A stretch of 64,000 nucleotides of DNA from assembly GCA_963675595.2 (NCBI GenBank), contig CAXXLZ010000001.1, positions 800,001 through 864,000 of the forward strand, written 5' to 3'. Numbering within the stretch: the first letter of the stretch is position 1; each line of letters opens with the position of its first letter. Both the position numbers and the translations under genes were made by a program. This DNA is from Thermodesulfobacteriota bacterium (GTDB taxonomy: Bacteria; Desulfobacterota; Desulfarculia; JACQYL01). Below the pieces are notes generated by a model, which did not search any database, was not told the DNA's origin, and worked only from the letters and a program-made list of their open reading frames with translations. Below are positions 59,569 through 64,000 of this stretch, piece after piece.

Positions 59569-60732
59569 GTGAGCGAAACGTCCAATCGATGTGAATCGGG
59601 CTCCATCGATCTCATCCAAATCGTGTCCATGGTAATCCGGAGAAAAAAGAGCGTTTTCTTCACGGCATTGACGTGTTTCCTGATTGCCGTAGCGTATATC
59701 GCACTGGTGCCCCGCGAGTATGAAGTTTCAGCTCAGCTTCGGCCCGGAGTCGTGGGATATGACAATCAGGGCAACTCCGTTAAGGGATGGATCGAACGGG
59801 ACATCATCTCATGGATCAATGATGCGCAATACTTCTTCCTCTTTTCAGAAGAAGGCCAAAAGGCAAGACAGATTCTCAGTCTGAACCTGAAGTCCAAGTA
59901 CGACCGAGGGGGAGGGGTAATCAAGGTCTTTGCCCAAAGCAGGAATCCCGAGCGTACCAAGGAACTCATAGACGATATTTTCATGACAGCCTTTAAATAT
60001 TACAAAAAGAACGACCCGGTCATCTCTCTGTCTCGATCGAGGATGATGAAGAATATCGGAAGCCTAAAAAGCAAACTCGAGTTGACGAAAAGCATGGACG
60101 AAAAATCCATCGATCTAAATATAGCGAGCAAAAAGAAGTCAGTGGAGTTACTCTGGTCCCAGGTTAGACTACTTGATCAAAAGCAAGCTTCCACGGAGGC
60201 CACGATTCGATCACTTTCGGATCGGATCAACAGCACGCATGCAAACACGGAAAAGCTTATTCAACTGCGTGACCAAGTGCTGTCCGAGAAGCCCGGTGAC
60301 GCCCTCTCTTCCCTGATGTATGCGAATACCATCCAGCAGAACCTTTCTTATTTGACTCAGCTCCAGGTTGATATCAACGGCCTGAAGAATGAGGCGTTGG
60401 GCTGCAAGAGCCAAAAAGACGAGCTCGAGCAGCAAATTGGCGGCATTCAGAAGGAAATTGGGGAATTGATGTTAGAGAAAACGGAGAAACTGAGAAACGT
60501 TCGGGAGAATATCAGAAAAGACATCTCCGTGTTGGAGGAGCAAATCACCAGTCTCACACCCTTCGAAGTGGTTACGCCTAGTACGATTATTCCTAAGCCC
60601 GTGTCACCGAAGGTGGTCGTTACGCTGGCTCTCGGCCTCGTGGTGGGAAGCAGTCTTGGAATTCTCTTTGCCTTGTTGTTCGAGGCCTGGGGCCGTAGGA
60701 AACCGGAGCCGAGCCGGGGGCCGGAGGCGTAA
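59569..60732 (+). CDS. wzz: Wzz-type polysaccharide chain-length determinant with long coiled coil
   Basis: IDL N-terminus, TM1, long heptad region, PKPVSPK and Gly-rich TM2; AGGAG before GTG. Confidence 0.85.
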   Translation: MSETSNRCESGSIDLIQIVSMVIRRKKSVFFTALTCFLIAVAYIALVPREYEVSAQLRPGVVGYDNQGNSVKGWIERDIISWINDAQYFFLFSEEGQKARQILSLNLKSKYDRGGGVIKVFAQSRNPERTKELIDDIFMTAFKYYKKNDPVISLSRSRMMKNIGSLKSKLELTKSMDEKSIDLNIASKKKSVELLWSQVRLLDQKQASTEATIRSLSDRINSTHANTEKLIQLRDQVLSEKPGDALSSLMYANTIQQNLSYLTQLQVDINGLKNEALGCKSQKDELEQQIGGIQKEIGELMLEKTEKLRNVRENIRKDISVLEEQITSLTPFEVVTPSTIIPKPVSPKVVVTLALGLVVGSSLGILFALLFEAWGRRKPEPSRGPEA

Positions 60733-61503
60733 TTCGGAATTTGCTGGTTTGGTTTACAGTGCCGGAGGGACTTCGGGTGCCATGCACGGGTTCTGCTTCA
60801 TTCCCCAGTGAGGCATATGTTTTCGTACAACCAAGGCGTCTACTGAAGCCCTGAATTCTCCCGGCCCAATTGGGTATCTTTTGCCCTTTGGCTGGTCCCC
60901 CGGTGTTTTGCCTTTCTTCCCGCCATGCGATGCTTCCGCCCACGGACGAGCGCGCCTTCCAACGGCTGGCGGTGATATGCGCCTCCCAAGAGCCGACCCT
61001 TGCTGATGTCTTTGCCTCAACCGGGTTTTTTTCTTCAATAACGATAAGTCTCGGAAGGAAGGCGATAATGCATGAAGTAAAGCGAATGTTGGGTGAAATG
61101 GGAGGTTTGGCCTCGATCATGAGTAAATAGCGGACATAGAGGTCGTTTATTTCAGTCCTTTTGGGCCGTTAAGGACTTGCCCCGGAAAAGATGAGGCCGT
61201 TCCAGGCATTTTGGGGTGTAATGCCGTGTTCCCTAATGTATAATTCCCGGACGGGTCTTCCCAGTGTGCTGTTGAAAGACGCGATCTGCGGTGCTGCGAG
61301 TTATCCCGCGTCACTGCGGCGTACGCTATGTACGCCCTCGTTCCTCGGGATTTTCGCGCCCCGCATCTCTTCCTTTACCAACGGCCCGCCGTGGAGGGAA
61401 CTCCATCGGGAATTCTTCCGAACGCAGGGACTGCGGGCTCTCAGTCGTTTCCGCCGGCGCCGGCCGACGATCAACTCGTTGTAACAAGAGAACATAGGCG
61501 GCG

Positions 61504-62550
61504 ATGTCGAAGATCGATTCCCAGTTCATCGAAGTTCAGCCCAATCTAATCAATTTTTACCTCGACTTCCCGGTGTACATCATCCATCCCACGGAAAAAC
61601 ACCTGGTGCGGTTCGTGCCGCGCAAGGAGGTGTACACCACCCGAGCCATTGAGACTCTCGTGAGCAAGGGCATCAAAGTCTACGTGAAGCTCAGCGACCA
61701 CAAGAGTCGAAGCTCCATCCTGGAGAAACGGCTCGTGGAATACCTGAGGGGGCCGTACGACGAGAAGAAGGTTCTGGTTATTAGAGATATTACGGTCCAG
61801 CTCGTGAACGAGGTATTCGCCGGCGGCATGGGTGCCGACGAGGAATCCGGCATTGACGCCAAGACGTTGAGTACGTTGGAGAGACTCGCCGGGTACTACG
61901 TGGGCCTGCTTGATCTGGATGATGCCGAGGACCTGCTCAAGGTGCTGCGCAAGGCCATTGTCAAAGATCTATCCATTCCGTCTCATTCCATCAGTCTGAT
62001 GATCCTGGCCGTGCGATTCAGGGCCATGGAACGAGCACGATTGCTGAGTGATATTTCGATGCCCAAAAGCCTGATCACGAACGTTTCGGAGCTCGAAGAA
62101 AGGGAGATGGAAAAGGATAAGCGGTGGGCTCTGGGCGCCTTGCTGCACGACATCGGCAAGATCAATCTCCCGGAGAAGATTCTCCGGGCGAGGAGAAGGT
62201 TAAACGACGACGAGGCCAAGTTGATGAAGTCCCATGTGAATATGGGGTTCCAAATCGTTAAGATGGCCGGAATCCGGTTTTCGGGAGACGAGACCGTCAA
62301 GTCCTCCATTTTGTTTCATCATGAAAGGATCGATGGGTCCGGCTACCCTCTGCGCATGACGTCCTTCAATCAAGTGGGGCAGATCATGGGTCTGCTCGAT
62401 GCCTATGATAACCTGACCACGGATCGAAGCCCGTTCCACAGGGAGTCCACTCCCTTTGAGGCCTTGAAGATGCTCAAGGAGGAAACGCAATCGGGCAAAT
62501 TCGATCCCGCGCTGTTTACCAAGCTGGTGGAATTGGTCGCCAACGACTGA
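61504..62550 (+). CDS. HD-GYP domain protein (c-di-GMP phosphodiesterase)
   Basis: LLHDIGK, HHERIDGSGYP, DAYD, GKFDP. Confidence 0.88.
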   Translation: MSKIDSQFIEVQPNLINFYLDFPVYIIHPTEKHLVRFVPRKEVYTTRAIETLVSKGIKVYVKLSDHKSRSSILEKRLVEYLRGPYDEKKVLVIRDITVQLVNEVFAGGMGADEESGIDAKTLSTLERLAGYYVGLLDLDDAEDLLKVLRKAIVKDLSIPSHSISLMILAVRFRAMERARLLSDISMPKSLITNVSELEEREMEKDKRWALGALLHDIGKINLPEKILRARRRLNDDEAKLMKSHVNMGFQIVKMAGIRFSGDETVKSSILFHHERIDGSGYPLRMTSFNQVGQIMGLLDAYDNLTTDRSPFHRESTPFEALKMLKEETQSGKFDPALFTKLVELVAND

Positions 62551-62734
62551 GGCGCCCGGCAGGGCCGTCCCTACGAGCCGAACCCATATGGGCCGGCCCG
62601 TGGGTTCGTTCTTGTGGAGAAAGATTTCTTGTATTCATTCAAAGGGTTGCCGGGGGGGACGGCGTTCCCGCGTGACTCTGTGAATACGAACGGATTTATA
62701 ATGGAACGGCTTCGGCCGCTGGAGAAACCAAGGT

Positions 62735-63232
62735 TTGGAATTAAAGGGCGAGCGTTCGGCTGCGGACAGCATCTTTCTGGGAATTGCCACGCTGGCCTCT
62801 GTGGGCAGGTTTCCCGTGGCTCCGGGCACCGTGGCCACTCTGGTGTGGGGGATTCCGGCTTACGCCTTGCTGAGTCTTCTGCCTCAATGGGTTTATTGGG
62901 GGACCCTGTTTTTGGTATTCGTGGTCGGGGTCCTGTCCTCGAGTTCCGCCGAGCGCACACTGAAGCAAAAAGATAGTCCTTCGGTGGTCATCGACGAGCT
63001 GTTTGGATACCTTGTGGCCGTGTCGGCCGCGCCCTTCGGATGGAAGACGGCGCTCTTGGGGTTTTTGTTCTTCAGAGCGGCCGACATTTGGAAGATTTTT
63101 CCAGCGGGATGGGTTGATAGAGAAGTGTCCGGCGGATGGGGGGTCATGTTGGACGACGCCGTGGCCGGGCTGTATGCTCAGGCGGCCTTATGGGGCCTCT
63201 GTTGGGCGTTTCCCCAGTGGATTCTGTCCTGA
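62735..63232 (+). CDS. pgpA: Phosphatidylglycerophosphatase A
   Basis: PVAPGT, DSPSVVIDE, FRAADIWK, GGWGVMLDD. Confidence 0.9.
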   Translation: MELKGERSAADSIFLGIATLASVGRFPVAPGTVATLVWGIPAYALLSLLPQWVYWGTLFLVFVVGVLSSSSAERTLKQKDSPSVVIDELFGYLVAVSAAPFGWKTALLGFLFFRAADIWKIFPAGWVDREVSGGWGVMLDDAVAGLYAQAALWGLCWAFPQWILS

Positions 63233-63478
63233 GACGCCGCCCGCGGGTTTTCTTATGCGACGTTGGGCGATTACGGATGTCGGTGAGCTCCGGGAGCCGC
63301 TCCAACTCGGGCAACGCTCCGTCCCGAACCGAAAACTCCGGGCAGGTCACGGAAAACCCTCACGGGCGGCTGATGCCTTTTCCTTGAAATCGATCTTATC
63401 GGGTCGAGATCTAAGAACTGTCGATCCTTCGCCGTTCTTCGCAGAAGAGCGGCGAAATTGAGATTAAAGCGCGAGAAC

Positions 63479-64000
63479 ATGGACAACGGAAGCGACGGTC
63501 GCAAAGTGACCTGGGTGGGCATGTTCGTCAATGCCGGGCTCATCGTTTTGAAGTTCCTGGCGGGAACGATCGGCCACAGTCAGGGGATGATCGCGGATGC
63601 TTTTCATTCGGTGTCCGACCTGCTTACGGACGCCGTGGTGCTCATCGGTCTGCGCTTCGGCCGGAAAGGCCCGGATGCCGGCCACCATTTTGGTCACGCC
63701 CGAATCGAGACCATGACATCGGGGATCGTGGGCGCGGCGTTGTTCGGCGCCGCTTTGATGATCGGTTACCAATCGGTCGTGGCCACTTATCGCCACGAGC
63801 CTCACAATCCCACTTTGCCGGCGATTCTGGGCGCGTTCGTCTCCATTGTGGTGAAAGAGCTGCTCTATCGGTATACGGTCCGAGTGGGCAAACGCATAAA
63901 AAGCCCGGCGGTGGTGGCCAACGCTTGGCACCATCGGTCGGACGCCATGTCTTCGGTGGCGGTGCTTATCGGCACGACCGGCGCCATGGTTCATCCGGCT
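63479..64000 (+). CDS. Cation diffusion facilitator (FieF-like), truncated by the window end; absent from the ORF track
   Basis: Translates MDNGSDGRKVTWVG...ADAFHSVSD...HHFGHARIE...NAWHHRSDA. Confidence 0.88.
   Translation, partial: MDNGSDGRKVTWVGMFVNAGLIVLKFLAGTIGHSQGMIADAFHSVSDLLTDAVVLIGLRFGRKGPDAGHHFGHARIETMTSGIVGAALFGAALMIGYQSVVATYRHEPHNPTLPAILGAFVSIVVKELLYRYTVRVGKRIKSPAVVANAWHHRSDAMSSVAVLIGTTGAMVHPA

Noticed and set aside
63464-63994. 176-aa minus-strand ORF
   Set aside because: Antisense to the CDF transporter starting at 63479

Overview
Bacterial chromosomal window, GC-rich at both ends. Gene content (TRAP transporter, hybrid histidine kinase, PilZ and HD-GYP proteins, selenocysteine usage) suggests an anaerobic Desulfobacterota-like host; this is an inference. 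1-16.8 kb is housekeeping and redox: hybrid kinase, a DsbA/FrnE-type gene that reads through an in-frame TGA (UxxC motif plus SECIS-like hairpin, so a probable selenoprotein missed by the ORF track), a thioredoxin-domain/TrxR fusion, dctQMP, M19 dipeptidase with an OvoA-C-terminal-like methyltransferase, PHP/ApgM/NadM-like genes, PAP2 and two PilZ paralogues. 17-44.3 kb is a minus-strand, partly AT-rich Wzx/Wzy glycan locus: GT-C-like membrane protein, PglF/E/C-like genes, 2 sulfotransferases, 3 GT4, AsnB, 2 methyltransferases, Wzy, and a wzx frameshifted at a T10 tract. wzz lies on the + strand at 59.6 kb. Nine IS elements with readable terminal IRs and target duplications (2 IS21, 3 IS3, 2 IS1634, ISNCY-like, IS1380) lie between 26.8 and 59.5 kb. 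Several are nested, and none interrupts a recognisable host gene. 50-54.5 kb holds a three-gene exported-protein cassette: a PKD/repeat surface protein, a membrane-anchored protein and a small protein resembling AB5-toxin B subunits. The window ends with HD-GYP, pgpA and a truncated CDF transporter. No rRNA, tRNA or CRISPR array was seen.
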